A stretch of DNA of 64,000 bases. Origin: the human T2T-CHM13v2.0 reference genome, Homo sapiens. The notes below the pieces were generated by a model that saw only the letters and a program-made list of their open reading frames with translations, did no database searches and had not been told where the DNA came from. The translations under genes were made by a program, and so were the position numbers. Below are positions 1-13,279 of this stretch, piece by piece. The DNA lies in the NCBI RefSeq assembly GCF_009914755.1, contig NC_060928.1, one strand, 5' to 3'. Positions within the stretch are counted from its first letter, which is position 1; every line of letters begins with the position of its first letter.

Positions 1-595
<595 letters not shown>

Positions 596-1289
596 GGCCA
601 CTGATGGGATTAGGATTATCTTTCTCTCACGCTGAAAATCAGGGGGGCTGCCTCCTCCAGGGCGCTAGTCCACACAACCCCCTCATGGAAAGCATCCTCA
701 CCACCAACAGGCAGGTCCCCTTGGCCTGGCACACAGCCCAGCTATAGCATATGTATTGCTCAAAGAGGATGGCACTTCTTGTAATGTGCTTTACCCAGGC
801 GTTCTTGAAAGTCAGTGACCTACCATTTAGGATGGCCTGGGCTACATGGCGCCCCCAGGATTTGGGGGTGGAGGTGACTGTCACCTCCCCTGCCTTAATA
901 ATTACTCTCTTCCCAATAACTGATTAGAATGGGTCAGATCAGACCTGCCCAAGGCTGCCTATGCCTGCAGACATTTTCCCACCTATGCTTATTCCTCATC
1001 TCTAAAATGTACCAGTTTTGACTTTTTTTTTTTTTTTTTTTTTTTGGAATTTAGAAACTCTGATCTCTACCATTCAATGCAGGGGAAGCGCTGTTATATA
1101 TCTGTTGTGTAACATAGAGAGAGAAAAAACACATTAGTCGATTTGTAGGCAACTATATTCCTCTCCTCCTCTTGTGGCTGTTTCTCTACTTCCTTTAAAA
1201 TAAACAAAGGCCAAAAGTGACTTCGGAAAATTCCCAAAGGGAAGAATAAAGCCAACATGAAAGACTGTCAAAGGCAGGCTTGCCGGATT

Positions 1290-1297
1290 TATAAAAG
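1290..1297 (+). promoter_or_regulatory. Candidate TATA box (TATAAAAG)
   Basis: Consensus TATAWAAR in unique sequence about 300 bp upstream of a candidate exon; motif match only. Confidence 0.2.
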
Positions 1298-1611
1298 CAG
1301 GGAACCCCTCCTACCCTGTCTCCATCCACACCCACCCCCTACTCCATACACACACTTCTTTTTTAGCCAATGCCTCAGTTAGCACAATACTAACATTTCA
1401 GGGAAGGCTTGGGTGATTTTTCTTTAGGAAATAATGGTCAACACTATTCAAAAACCAAACAAGCTAAAGCTGTTCCTTGAATTGGTGATATATTTGCAAA
1501 GATGAAATTACACAATCCAGACATGCTAGTTATGAACACAGAAAATCTTCTACTTCTCTGTTCAAGGGTCAGAAAATGAAGAAGTCATTTAGATATTTAC
1601 CAACTTCACAG

Positions 1612-1762
1612 TGGCTGCTGAAAGTGCCAGCCAAGTTTTTGAAACAAAAGAAGAGATGGCCATGCAGCTCACAGGAGAAGCAACTGCAACCCAATTGAAG
1701 TATTTCAACAGCTGGTTTCATCACCAACAGGAGAAAGCTGACTCTTTTGTGGAGTTCAGAAA
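1612..1762 (+). other. Candidate exon (lncRNA, small ORF or decayed gene)
   Basis: Acceptor tttaccaacttcacag|, with an alternative at 1567 (ttctctgttcaag|); donor AA|gtgagt; open frame xAAESASQVFETKEEMAMQLTGEATATQLKYFNSWFHHQQEKADSFVEFR; no homolog recognised. Confidence 0.3.
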
Positions 1763-2159
1763 GTGAGTGAAAAGGTTACATTTTCATAAAGATGTGCATA
1801 GGCAGGGCATGCAAAACCAGTCCTTTCTTGCTTTAGAAGAGACAGAAATCTTGAGCGTGGACATACTTTCAAGTTCCAGCACGTAGATCCATGGTCATGA
1901 TCGGGTGGCCCAAAACTGCCTGCCTTAATGAAGATGCTCCCGGGCCTACACATGGAACAATCATGAACCTTCAAGGGATTTCTTTTGTGTCCTTATCCAC
2001 CACATTCACATTCAATTTACCTAATACATTTCCTAATGAAACAATTAATACATTCACATATGAAACTAATTAAGACAGAGCTACAGCTTTGCCTGCTTTT
2101 TCTACAATTGAATTACTGAGACTCAGCCTGAATTCTAAAACTCTCTTCTTGAGTCATTA

Positions 2160-2638
<479 letters not shown>

Positions 2639-2664
2639 CTATGTTGAGTGTTTACCTTTTTCAG

Positions 2665-2685
2665 GTGTGACTTTTCTGAGAAATT
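2665..2685 (+). other. Candidate 21-nt microexon
   Basis: tttacctttttcag|GTGTGACTTTTCTGAGAAATT|gtaagt; strong sites on both sides and frame-preserving length. Confidence 0.25.
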
Positions 2686-4229
2686 GTAAGTATGTCATGT
2701 CTTGGACATTCTGGGCATTCCAAATCATAAAATAGGATTCCAGATTATTCTGAATGGCTGTATTTACATCATCCATTTCAACATCCATGTCAACATACAT
2801 GTTGCTGAAGGGGTAGCTTTGGGAACTACTGCTCTGAACACAAATTAATGGTAGGAGGTACTGACTGAAAGCATCATGTGGTAGAAAACCCCAAATGCTT
2901 TTTTCAAGAACTATATATGAACTGTGTTTGTGCACGCACAGTTGTATGCTCATAAACGTTAATAAATTGGTATTGGGCAACACAATTAACATTCATTTCA
3001 TTGGAGGCCCACAATATGCTAGGATTTTTTTCCCTTAATGATGTTTCAGAGCAGGATGCTTTGGTCCGAAATACATTGAAACACGCAACAATGAAATTCT
3101 ATTTCTTTCTAGTAGTATGTTAAAGGCACCATGGGGGACACAAAATTATGAACCCCAAACTGCACCCTCAGGTTATTTACAGCCTATTAAGAAAAGCCAT
3201 GTTTTTTCCCAATAACAGAGAATTCAAATACAGCTAGTCCCTGTGTTTGTTGTCAGAAAGAGAAAGAAAACCATACTTTGTTGGGACACATCATTATTAG
3301 TGTAACAATATATAAACATATGTCAACATGAAAAGCTTAATTTAAAGTATCATGGCATTACAGATCCCTTGTCTGAAGAATAAACTCAGTCAAAGAAAGT
3401 TGGAATGACTTGCCCGGGGTCACATAGTACTGATGATATCAGAACCCAGCTTTTTGACTTCCAGGTGGAGAATTACAGGTAAACTGAGAGTCCCTGGCTG
3501 GGTTTGGTCAGGTCCTTTATGGCTCTATAATGCTACGACTCTCTGAGAACTCTATGACCATGCTGCCACTCTCCTGACATTCTTTTAATTAATAAAATCA
3601 CTCAGCTGAACAAAAATAATGGTTTCATTAAGATGCAGAAAATGCCACATTTAATCACTAAAAATGGCATAGTGTATCATTCACCTTAGGGAAATTTTTA
3701 TGTTTAAATATGCAATATAGAGATATTTTAGATAATTAGCAACAAGGAAAGGCAACTAATCTATTATTGCATAATATTTGATTACCTATTAACTTCGGCC
3801 ATGTAATTGAACACATAGCCAATGACTGTCACTTCCTGGCACTAAAGCCCAGGTAGATACTGCTCTGTTTTCATTCTGTCATTCTAGCCATTTCTAGGAT
3901 GAATTTCCTTTTATTTGGAAGGAGGTTTTAAACTGAGCATTTGACGTCACATTGTTACCCACTGAAAAGTGCTCTCTGTAAGTGCTTCCTGAAGAAGGCA
4001 AGGTTGAAGTGAACCCTTTCAAACCAATGCGTGGCACTTTGTTAGCATTTGCTGAGTGTCCAGCACTAAGCTAGGCTTGTGAGGTAAGAAAAGAAAGTTT
4101 GTACCTGTTTTTATCACATGGGGCCAGTTACCTTTGTCTGCCTTCCAGGCCCTGGTTGCTAAATCCTGGGAAGTCTGTAATTACATTAGAAGATGGGATT
4201 ATTAGTGATAAAATGTGGTGTTTTATAGA

Positions 4230-4400
4230 TAGTGCTCTGAAACTTTGTTTCAATGGCCTTTCCCACACAGTATCTCAATAACCCTAAGGTAGGCAGGAAA
4301 AAAAATGTTACTGAGGCTCAGAGAATTTAAATGGCCTGCCTGAAATGTGACAGAAGGCAGACCCAGGACTAAAATGGAAGTCCTTGGAAGCCTGGCCCAG
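4230..4400 (-). mobile_element. MIR
   Basis: TCTCAATAACCCTAAGGTAGGCAGG...ACTGAGGCTCAGAGAATTTAAATGGCCTGCCTGAA. Confidence 0.6.
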
Positions 4401-5764
4401 GGCCGTTCCTTCCTCACAAGGAAGGACTTGTAAAGAGCTTGCTTAATTCAAGGTTCCTTTGGCCTGGGATATCCTTTTGCTCATGCTCACCTGATGCCTC
4501 CAAGATAGGATTTCTGGGTATCCCTTCTTACCTGACATGCGTTCTGGCCACATCTTAGCCTGTAGTGCTCATGTACCTTCTTAGTCTCTAATCTGTCTAT
4601 TGGTGCTTTGATATGTTAACCACGGGCTATCTTACTCCCTCAATTTTATTTTTGGATAAATTGGAGAAAACAGTTTTAAAACGATGAACTATAAGACTTT
4701 GATGCTGATTCTTTATTCTCAGTCCCAAGCTTTGCCTATACTTCAAAACAGATCTCAATGGACAAGGAAAAATAATATCAGCATTTCACTGGGCATCTAA
4801 AGTGCTAGGCATTGTGCTAAAAACTTTGAATGTTTTTAACATTGTATCAAGATGGGGACTGAAGGGCTTTAAACCCAGGCAGTCTGAATCCAGAACCCAA
4901 ATGTCAGCTATGACACTGCTGTTGTCTCCCACAATGCCATACTTGCAAGTTTTGTGTAACACAGAGCATTTAGAAATCTCTTTAAAATTATGAAATTCTG
5001 GGTTTTCTTCCCCTGCTGTGGCCCAAACACAAACTAAGAACATACCTAACGAACAGCTGCAATTGATATTTTCATCTTAATTAGGGATTAAACATCAAAT
5101 AAATTATTCTATTTAAGATGATTTATGATGTCCTAACTTTTCCAGTAGTTCATTTCAAACAGATTTTTAATAGTAGGAGAAAACAGTACCATAGTAACTT
5201 TTTAAAGTATGTGTGGGAAATTAACTAAAAATATTAAAAAGATCACTCACCCACTGTTAGCCTTTATTTTTTACCCCAAAACAACATGAGAAAATGAGTT
5301 TTTTCTTTTACCTTTGCTGTACCTTCCTCTTTGAAAATAAGCCCATTAATAAGAAGATATAAAAGGAAAATGTATCTCAAGACAAATTAAACTTTTTAAA
5401 AGAAACAGTTCTATCAAAACAAGTTTGCAAATAAAAAATAATTACCAAATGAACATATTAGGGGAGTGTAGCCATTAGGCATGTTTTTATTATGCAATAA
5501 TTTATCCATGAACAGTTTATATTTCATATCCATATTACAGTGTTTTTTTTCCAAGTCACTGGGAGTACTCAAGCAGAGCTGATGAAAATTCATCAATCTG
5601 GGAAGTTCCAGAAGGGATTTTGCAGTGAGTAGAAAGTTGAAATCTTGGATGATAACGTCCCTTCCAATTTGAAGATTCTATAATTTCCAACTTAGGCAAC
5701 TGACATAAGGTGAGTATCCTCATGGACTTGATTCCGTAGTGATGGTGGAAAGCAGTGGTGGACT

Positions 5765-5995
5765 ATCGTGAGCTCTGGAGCCAGCCTGCCTGGTTTTGCT
5801 CTTGGACTTGATCACTTAATTGCTGTGTGAACTTGAGCAAGTTTCCCATCTGTACCTCAGTTTCCTCATCTGTAAAATGTTGATACTAATAGTATGAATC
5901 TCATAAAGTTGTTGTGAAGATTAAATGAGTTAATGTAAGTAAAGTGCTTGAAACAGTCCCTGGCACAGGGTAAATATTCTATATAATAGCTATGC
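5765..5995 (+). mobile_element. MIR
   Basis: GCTCTGGAGCCAGCCTGCCTGG...CCTCAGTTTCCTCATCTGTAAAATG...AAAGTGCTTGAAACAGTCCCTGGCACA. Confidence 0.9.
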
Positions 5996-6359
5996 TATTA
6001 TTTTCCAATAATAATATCGGGAAAATAGTAGATGATACTGGAATAATATTCCAGCAATATTGGAATAATATTGGAAATTGTAGTCCAAAAATATTGGACT
6101 ATTATCTGATCCATCTTGTGGTCTCCAATATGAAACAAACAGTAGCCCATTGTGAGGTTAATTATGGTGAGTTAAGGGCTCATATCTTGTCTGAAGCAAA
6201 GGAAATAAAGAAAAGAAGAGGAGAGGTAAAATGAGGAATTTTATTTAAAGGCAGCAGAGAGATGTCTAATGTTCAGGGAGAAAAATGAACACTCCATAGG
6301 CCTAGTCCATCAGGAGTGAAAGTATGACAGGAGAGAAAAAGCCAGTGGTACACAGTCTC

Positions 6360-6361
<2 letters not shown>

Positions 6362-6400
<39 letters not shown>
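6362..6400 (+). repeat. (CA)n microsatellite
   Basis: About 19 perfect CA units. Confidence 0.97.
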
Positions 6401-6402
<2 letters not shown>

Positions 6403-6879
6403 CTCAGCAAACACATTTGGGGATTACTGGTCTATGTGCATCTTAAAGTTTTCACTTTAGCACTAGTGTTTAGTTCTAATATTGACCTATGGCTTCAATT
6501 TGGCAGCTCAAGTCCACACATTTGCCCTGAGCCCCTGCTAAGTAGCAAGTGTTGTGGAAGCAAAGCATGCTGCCCAAGGGTGCACAGTCTAGGAGGAAGG
6601 GGCCGACAGGACTGTGCCCACACTTTTCACTGGGTGGTAAGTGCTGTGATCAGCTTCTATGCTGGATGCTATGGGGGCTGGGAGAAGGCCACCTGACAGC
6701 CTACAGGGACAGGGAAGACTTCCAGGCAGAGGTGAAAGCTTCACTTAGACTTGAAGCAGGTATTAGGCTGATGAAGAAAGTAAGCCAAACAAAACAAAAC
6801 AAAGCAGAACAAAACTCCGAGAAAATTAGACTAAGAAATGTTTTAATTCCTTCCATAAACTTTGAAAATAGGCAGGCCT

Positions 6880-7070
6880 AGGCTTGAATCCTCGTTTTGC
6901 TATTCACTAGCGATGTGACTTTGGGCAAGTTACTTAAACTCTCTGAACTTCAATGTAGTCATCTCTGGGACAGGGTCCCTATCTTATTGTGTTGTTCTGA
7001 AAATTAAAGGAACAATGTATGATCACCTCATAACCCAGTGTCTCCCACAGGCTTATTTTGAATATCTGTG
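6880..7070 (+). mobile_element. MIR
   Basis: GGCTTGAATCCT...TGTGACTTTGGGCAAGTTACTTAAACTCTCTGAACTTCA. Confidence 0.75.
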
Positions 7071-7529
7071 GTATTAAAACACTCATACTAAAACATAATA
7101 AAAGAGGAAGTAATGATTTGTTGAATTTAGAGGAAGAAATAATGACAAGGAAAGCCAAAAGTAGCACAACAAGCTCTGTATTTAGGCTCATATATCCATT
7201 CTTGCCAGAGCCGCTAAGTCAGAGCTGGGGTGGAGAACAACTGGCCAAAGTCCATTACATTCCATCTAATGATAGGTCTGTTGGCAGGTGGGGGGAGGCT
7301 ATCAGCAACTCACCTTGTCCAGTACCCTCCTGTTATAATACAAAGCTCCAGCTCAAACTGAAAACTTAAAGTACAATCAGCCAGATCCACCTTCTAATGA
7401 CTATGATGTTTAAAGCATCCACAAAAGTGAAATTCAAATTATTGATATGTTTTAGTAGCACCATCCGTAATTTCACCTAAACATAAAGAAGAAGCAAAAC
7501 AGGAGCAGGAAAGTCAGTCTATGATAAAA

Positions 7530-7725
7530 GCTCCCATTTATCACAGGCCTCCTATGAGTTAAGTACTGTTTATTTGCTATTTCTAACGCATATTGCAACT
7601 TACAAGGCAGTCCTGTTCTCCTTCACAAATGAAGCATCCACAGCACAATTGGTGACTTCACAAAGGTCCCATGGCTCCTAGGTGGGAAGCCGCCAGAAGG
7701 CAGATCTGATTCTAAAGCTGCTGTC
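7530..7725 (-). mobile_element. MIR (degraded)
   Basis: TTCACAAATGAAGCA...GTGACTTCACAAAGGTCCCATGGCT...TCTGATTCTAAAGC. Confidence 0.5.
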
Positions 7726-8169
7726 TGCATGCCAGGCTAGTACAGCTCTCAATCTGGGATCAGGAAAGAGAGGTACCACATGTGGTCAAGGAGCTCCCAC
7801 ATCCCCAGGAGTCCAAGGGTTGCCATTCTTCCTCCTTCTGTCTCTGTGATGTCACCACTACAATGTTGTCATATTGTGAACTGTTCTGGTAAGTTACAAA
7901 TTTTTCCACAGAAAAGAAGAGAAAGGGCTACCCAAAAAATGGGAGAGGAAAAACTAATCGTAAGTCTTCAGAGCTAAGTGAAGTTAAGAACCTGACCTTG
8001 GATGGGGGTATCCTAACCCAGCGGTGGCCTTAGTCACGTCATACTTCTGCTTCGCAACTGATCCCAGATACAGACACAGTCTAATTGAAAAGAAGGAGTT
8101 ATCTGGTTGTGAGGTGTATTAACTTCTTAGGTGAAGTAAAATGCTTTGAAACAAGGTGAATTTTAAAAA

Positions 8170-8380
8170 TCAGATATCTTGATTCAAATCCGGTCTTTGC
8201 CACTTAATAACTGTGTGATTAAGCCTCATCTACTTATCTTCTAAATGAAATTAATAGTATTTACTTCACTTTTCTCATCTCTAAAATGGTGATAATAATA
8301 CCTATCCTCCTAGCATGATGGTAAGGATGAAGTGAGAATAAAAGCTAGCATGTAGAAAATAGTAACCGAAGTTACCTATT
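8170..8380 (+). mobile_element. MIR
   Basis: GATTCAAATCCGGTCTTTGCCACTTAATAACTGTGTGA...TTCTCATCTCTAAAATGGTGATAATAATACCTA. Confidence 0.7.
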
Positions 8381-9089
8381 GATAATTTTCTGTGATTATC
8401 TTAATTAGCTACAGTATAGCATTCTTACATGAAGTACCTGGATGTGGTAAATAATCAATAAACAGCAGCTATTATTATTAACAGGGCACATTTTTGTATT
8501 GGTGCAGGTCTGCTGGTGGAAATAAATGAAAGGAGGAGAAATCCTGTGTGTGACAGCACAAATGCAAAAATAAAACCAAAAACAACAATAAGAAAGCAGA
8601 AGTGGAAGGAAAAGAATCTTAGCTTGAGTCAACCAACTTGTTACCAGAATTCAGTTATTAAAAATCTCTATAGTGTAAATTTAGCCTTTAGAATTTAATT
8701 TTTTTAACTTTCTCTTTTGTTTTTACCAAAGTCCACTTTGAAGAGTCCAGTCTTCACTGGACCAAGGAAGAAAGGAAAATAAATTTAAATTTTTATGTAT
8801 TTAGTTAGTTTTGCTTTGTAAAAGAGAAGAATCCAGCTCAGGTTCTTAACTCCACTCACCTCTAAAGAATTCCCAGTCATATTTCCCTCTCCCTTTTTGG
8901 GTGATGCTTTGTCTATGTCTATGGTAGAGGAGAAATGGGGAAGAGACACTGCAGGGGTGATGAGGACAGAATTTAGAGCACTGTAGAGAGAGGGGAGATT
9001 CTGGGGAGAGAGTGAGAGGGTCCTTGTGCAGTGATCCTTCTCCTTGGAATGGTTTGTCCCTAAAAGCTACTCTGCTTCTTTCCTGTCAG

Positions 9090-9145
9090 GGATGTTAGCA
9101 GAGCTCAAATCCTTATGAACCCAAACTCCCAAGCCACTGGATCCG
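9090..9145 (+). other. Candidate 56-nt exon
   Basis: ctctgcttctttcctgtcag|G...GGATCCG|gtgaga; phase-2 entry reads DVSRAQILMNPNSQATGS without a stop. Confidence 0.2.
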
Positions 9146-9522
9146 GTGAGATGGCTGGAACTCAGCAGGGTCAGCATGAGGAACACCGCGAGGACTGCTG
9201 AAACACCACATTCCCATGGCTGCCGCAGGACAGCGGGGTGGCTGGAAGGCACAGTGTCTGTGAAACTGTGGTCCTCGGCAAGGGGTGTGACCTCATGGTG
9301 GGTCGCCTGACCTATGAGCAGAGATGGAAGGAAGAATGCCAATTTGGAGGCAGATGTGGGAAGTAGGAGTGCTGTGGCAACACGGTGTGGAAATAGGGAG
9401 TTCTCTTCAGGCGTGATGCTCACAGTTTACATAAATCTATTGATCTATGTATTTACCTGCCTACCTCTATGTGTGCGTTTGTCTGGGTGTGGGGTGGAGC
9501 AGTGTGAGGTGGGTTCAGGAAC

Positions 9523-10728
9523 CGTGTTTGTGAGGGCTGTCTGGGGAGACAGAACCAATAGGAGCTATATCTGTACTGATATTGGTATCTCTACTGATAT
9601 AGATAGATGAGAGGGGATGTATTAGGGGAATTGGCTCACACGACCTTGGTGACTGAGAAGTCCCACCACAGTCCATCTGCAAGCTGGAGACCCTGGGACG
9701 CAGGTAGTGTGGCTTCACAGCAAGTTCAAAGACCTCAGAATCAAGGGAGCGTATCTGCCCTAAGGATGAGATCGGGAAAAAGCCTGCAAGCATGTGTTTG
9801 AAAGGAGGTGAGAGAGGAAGATCAAGAAGGGTTTTCCCAAGTTACGGTTGCAACGCAAGAAAGGGAAAGGTGAGAAGAGGGACCCGAGCCCAGGCCTTGG
9901 GAGGAAGAGGAGGAAGAAGAGGGGTGTGGGCCCGACCCCGAGAGCAGACCAGGGCTGCGGTCAGAGCTGGTCGCCAGATGAGGACGCCTGGGCAGCTGGC
10001 CTGTGCCTGAGCAGAGGTGGCTGAGGTCCAGGAGGCAGAGAAGAAGAAATGGAGCCTCGCACCGCTGCTCCTAGCTTGCCCAGAGGGAGAAGGGTGATGG
10101 GGCTGTTCCTATGCACTCAGGACCGTGGCTCTTGAACTTTATGTGTCGGGAAGGAGGCAAGGGCTGAACTGGAGAGTGGGCCGTTCATTTAGTTCCAGCG
10201 TCCCAGGAAATGCTCTTTTCCCCGCGGGAGCCTCTGCCTGCAGCTGTAATGACCTTGGACTAGAAGGTCAAACTCCAAAGGCTTGAAACCGCACCTGCAG
10301 CAGGACTGGCCACCTACGTTGTGGGGTATCTTTAAAATAAAATGCTGCACTGTCCTGCAACTGTCAGTCTGAAGCAGAAGTCCTGAGTGCCCAGGGGCAA
10401 CTGGTGTAAGTCCTGGAGTTTGAAGGTCATAGAGCCTGGAGTCCAACCGCAGGAGGAGAAGAGTGTCCCTGCTCCAGGAGAGAGAGAGAGAAAAAAAAAA
10501 ATCTCTTTTTGTGTATGTGCTGTTGTTGCCTTTTTTGTTCTTATCTGTGCCCCCAGCCATTTGGATGATGCCCCCACATTGAGGACAGGTCTTCCCCACT
10601 CAGTTTACTGACACACACTCCAGTCTCCTCTGGAAACCATCTCACAGACACACCCAGAAAGAATGCTTTACTAGTTCTCTAAGTATTCCTTAATCCAGTC
10701 AAGTTGGCACCTGAAATTAACCATCCTA
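9523..10728 (-). mobile_element. MLT2 (MLT2C-like) ERVL solo LTR split by a ~600 bp insertion
   Basis: LTR parts at 9523-9750 (ACAGAACCAATAGG...TTGGCTCAC...GCAAGCTGGAGACCC) and about 10355-10728 (CCAGTCAAGTTGGCACCTGAAATTAACCATC); flanks GGAAC/GGGAC resemble a 5-bp TSD. Confidence 0.85.
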
Positions 10729-11171
10729 GGGACACTGCTATTTTTAAATCTACCTAGAATTTGCACCTCTGACTCTAGAGATTGAGGCAGAATTCATTTT
10801 CAGGGAGACTATCCTTTTGATTTGAAAAACACCGATATAAGCTCTTTAGTTAAACAAAGATAGGGCCATGCTTCTATTCTGGAAGAAACAGATTAAGATG
10901 GAGCAAAGCTAAGCTGCTCATCAGAGATTTTTTTTTTCTCTAATATATTTTATGGCTTCCTCAGGAAAGAAGCAGGCCAGGGAAGAGTGGAGATGGGCAG
11001 AGTGGTGATAAAACAGGGGGCTCATGGAGAGGAGGAGAAATGGACTTTAGCACCACAGTGGCAGGCAGGAGGTTAAGAGCAGAGTTTAATTCCAAGGGAT
11101 TCCTTCGATGGGGTTATGACCAATCTGCTTTAGGAGCAGTGATACAGAATTTTCTATCTCCCTTTTGGTGG

Positions 11172-11584
11172 TGCTGTGGTTTGGATGTTTGTACCCCAAA
11201 AAACTTCATGTTGAAATTTGATCCCAGTGTTGGAGGTGGGACTTTATGAGAGGGGTTTGGGTCATGGAGGAAGATCCCATATGAACTGATTAATACTCTC
11301 CCTCAGGGGTGAGTGAGTTCTCATCTCATTAGTTCCCGATCCAGCTGGTTGTTACAAAGAGCCCGGCACCCTCACCTCTCTTTTGCTTCCTTTCCATATG
11401 ATCTCTGCATACACTAGCTTCCTTCCTCTCGTGTCGTGAGTGGAAGCAGCCCAAGGTCCTAATGGCAGATGCCTAATCCTGAACCTTCCAGCCCATCAGA
11501 ATAGTAAGCCAAATAAATCTTTTTTCTCTGTAAGTTACCCAGCCTCAGGCATTTCTTGATAACAACGCAAAATGGACTAAGGCA
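11172..11584 (+). mobile_element. MSTB-like MaLR solo LTR
   Basis: TGCTGTGGTTTGGATGTTTG...AATAAA...AATGGACTAAGGCA; TSD GGTGG/TGTGG. Confidence 0.9.
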
Positions 11585-12182
11585 TGTGGTATGACTCCTC
11601 ATGTTATTCTCAAACCCTCAGTAAAGTTTTGTCACTCTCTATGGCTGGTGTCAGCCATGTTGGAATAAAGAGAGGAGCTGGTGTCCACAGGGGGCAACCG
11701 ATTAACAGAGAGATAAGGTTGGGAGATGACAAGAGGAAGCACGGAGCTGGTGTAAGCATTCCCTGACAAATCTTCAGAAGTTCTTGCAAAAGAAGACTAC
11801 ATGTTTCTTGTTCACACAGGATGGGATTCACAATATTTGAGGGAGGGATATTGTCATAGACATTGGGGGTACCTGGTAGCACATGAACCCACTTTTTATG
11901 TTTAGGGATGTCCTCACTGTATGAGTCTCCATGAGGGTTAGAGACCTCCACTATGGAGGTCAAATAGGCCAGAGACTTGTTTTTCCAGCCTCCTGCCCTG
12001 GAGAGGGGGCATGTGACCTAGGCTTGGCCAGTCAGGCACCACCCCAGGACTTTGCATTGGAAGCTAGTGAACCGATGAAGAGGAGTGGTAGAGAGTCTAT
12101 TCTGAGGAGTGGGGTGGTGGGGTAGAAGGCAGCTAAAGCCTCCAGTTTCCTGGGGCACAAGAGAGAGTAGGATTGGTAGCAT

Positions 12183-12443
12183 TATTTAGTTGAGAACATC
12201 CAAGAAGCAGATGCCAAGATGGGATTCGAGATTTATTAGGGAAAGAAATTCATTAGGGAAAATGGCTCTGGAGGATAAAGAGAAAGGGAGTGGGAGTTGG
12301 AGAGAGCCATTAGATTGGGAGACAGGTCTAACAACTGTAAAAGGATAATGAGAAACAAAGAATGGTGGGAAGAGCCTCAGAGTGCAGCAGAATTCTGAGA
12401 CAATCTTGGCTTGGCCAATGGAGAGTCTCCAGGCAAAAGCTGC
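12183..12443 (-). mobile_element. LTR16A-like fragment
   Basis: AGAAGCAGATGCCAAGATGGGATT...TCTTGGCTTGGCCAATGGAGAGTCTCCAGGCAAAAG. Confidence 0.55.
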
Positions 12444-12988
12444 TGTGTTCATTTTTCTATTGCTGCTGTAACAGGTTACCTGACCCTTTGAAGCTGAAAC
12501 CAACACAATGATCATGTTGTATTGTATATCTGTAATTTGCTAAGAGGGTAGATCCCAAGTGTCTTTACCATACCAAGAAATAAAAATAAAAAATAAAAAA
12601 GAATGGTAACTATGTGAGGTGATGGAAATGTTAATTAGCTTGATTGTGGTGAGGAACACAAATTTATTATCTTACAATTCTGGAGGTCAGAAGTCTGACA
12701 TTAGTGCTAAAATCAAGGAACTGACAGGATTGCTTCCTCTGAGAGCTTCAGGAGAGCTGGGGCCTGCCCTTTTCAGCTTCTAGTGACTGCCAGAATTCCT
12801 TGGCCTGTGGCTGCATCACTTCAATCTCTGCTTCGGTCATCACCTCTCCTACTTCTCCCTCTGATCGCCTGCATCCCTCTTATAAGGACCCTTGTGGTTA
12901 CACTGAGCCCTAAGTAATCCGGGATACTCTTCCAAGATTACATGTGCAAAGTCCCCTTTGCCCTATAAAGTAACATTCACTGGTTTCC
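12444..12988 (-). mobile_element. MLT1C/D MaLR LTR containing an L1MA 3' fragment (about 12510-12652)
   Basis: CTATTGCTGCTGTAACA...AATTTATTATCTTACAATTCTGGAGGTCAGAAGTC; the L1 piece TGGTAACTATGTGAGGTGATGGA is flanked by a repeated AACACAA. Confidence 0.85.
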
Positions 12989-13279
12989 TCTGCTGGTGGC
13001 AAGTGCAAGCTCTGATGTCCAGTGTCTAGTGCTATTAGCAGCAGTGCCCATTGCTCATGTTCTTGTGGCATGATTTGTACTTGGGTTCTAGATACCTAGA
13101 GTCTCTCTTCTTCTACCTGTTTTCTGAACCTTCTCAAAATTTCCTGGTGTTTCTGTGAGCTCCTTGGTCATCTTTTAATAAACTTCTTTTCTACTTAACT
13201 CAATCAGAGTCAGTGTGGCTGATCATTGTTAGGTTTGGTGAAAACAGGAGGCTCTGTTCCTAAAAGGAAAAGGGGAAAT

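Larger units (their letters stand above)
11880..13220 (+). mobile_element. LTR41-like ERVL LTR, interrupted by LTR16 and MLT1
   Basis: CATGTGACCTAGGCTTGGCCAGTCAG...GGAAGCTAGTGA in the 5' part; TTTTAATAAACTTCTTTTCTACTTAACTCAATCAGAGTC in the 3' part. Confidence 0.55.

Noticed and set aside
3465-3478. 14-nt ag...gt microexon-like motif (a similar one lies near 5696-5709)
   Set aside because: Frame-shifting length and the acceptor derives from MIR-like sequence; expected by chance
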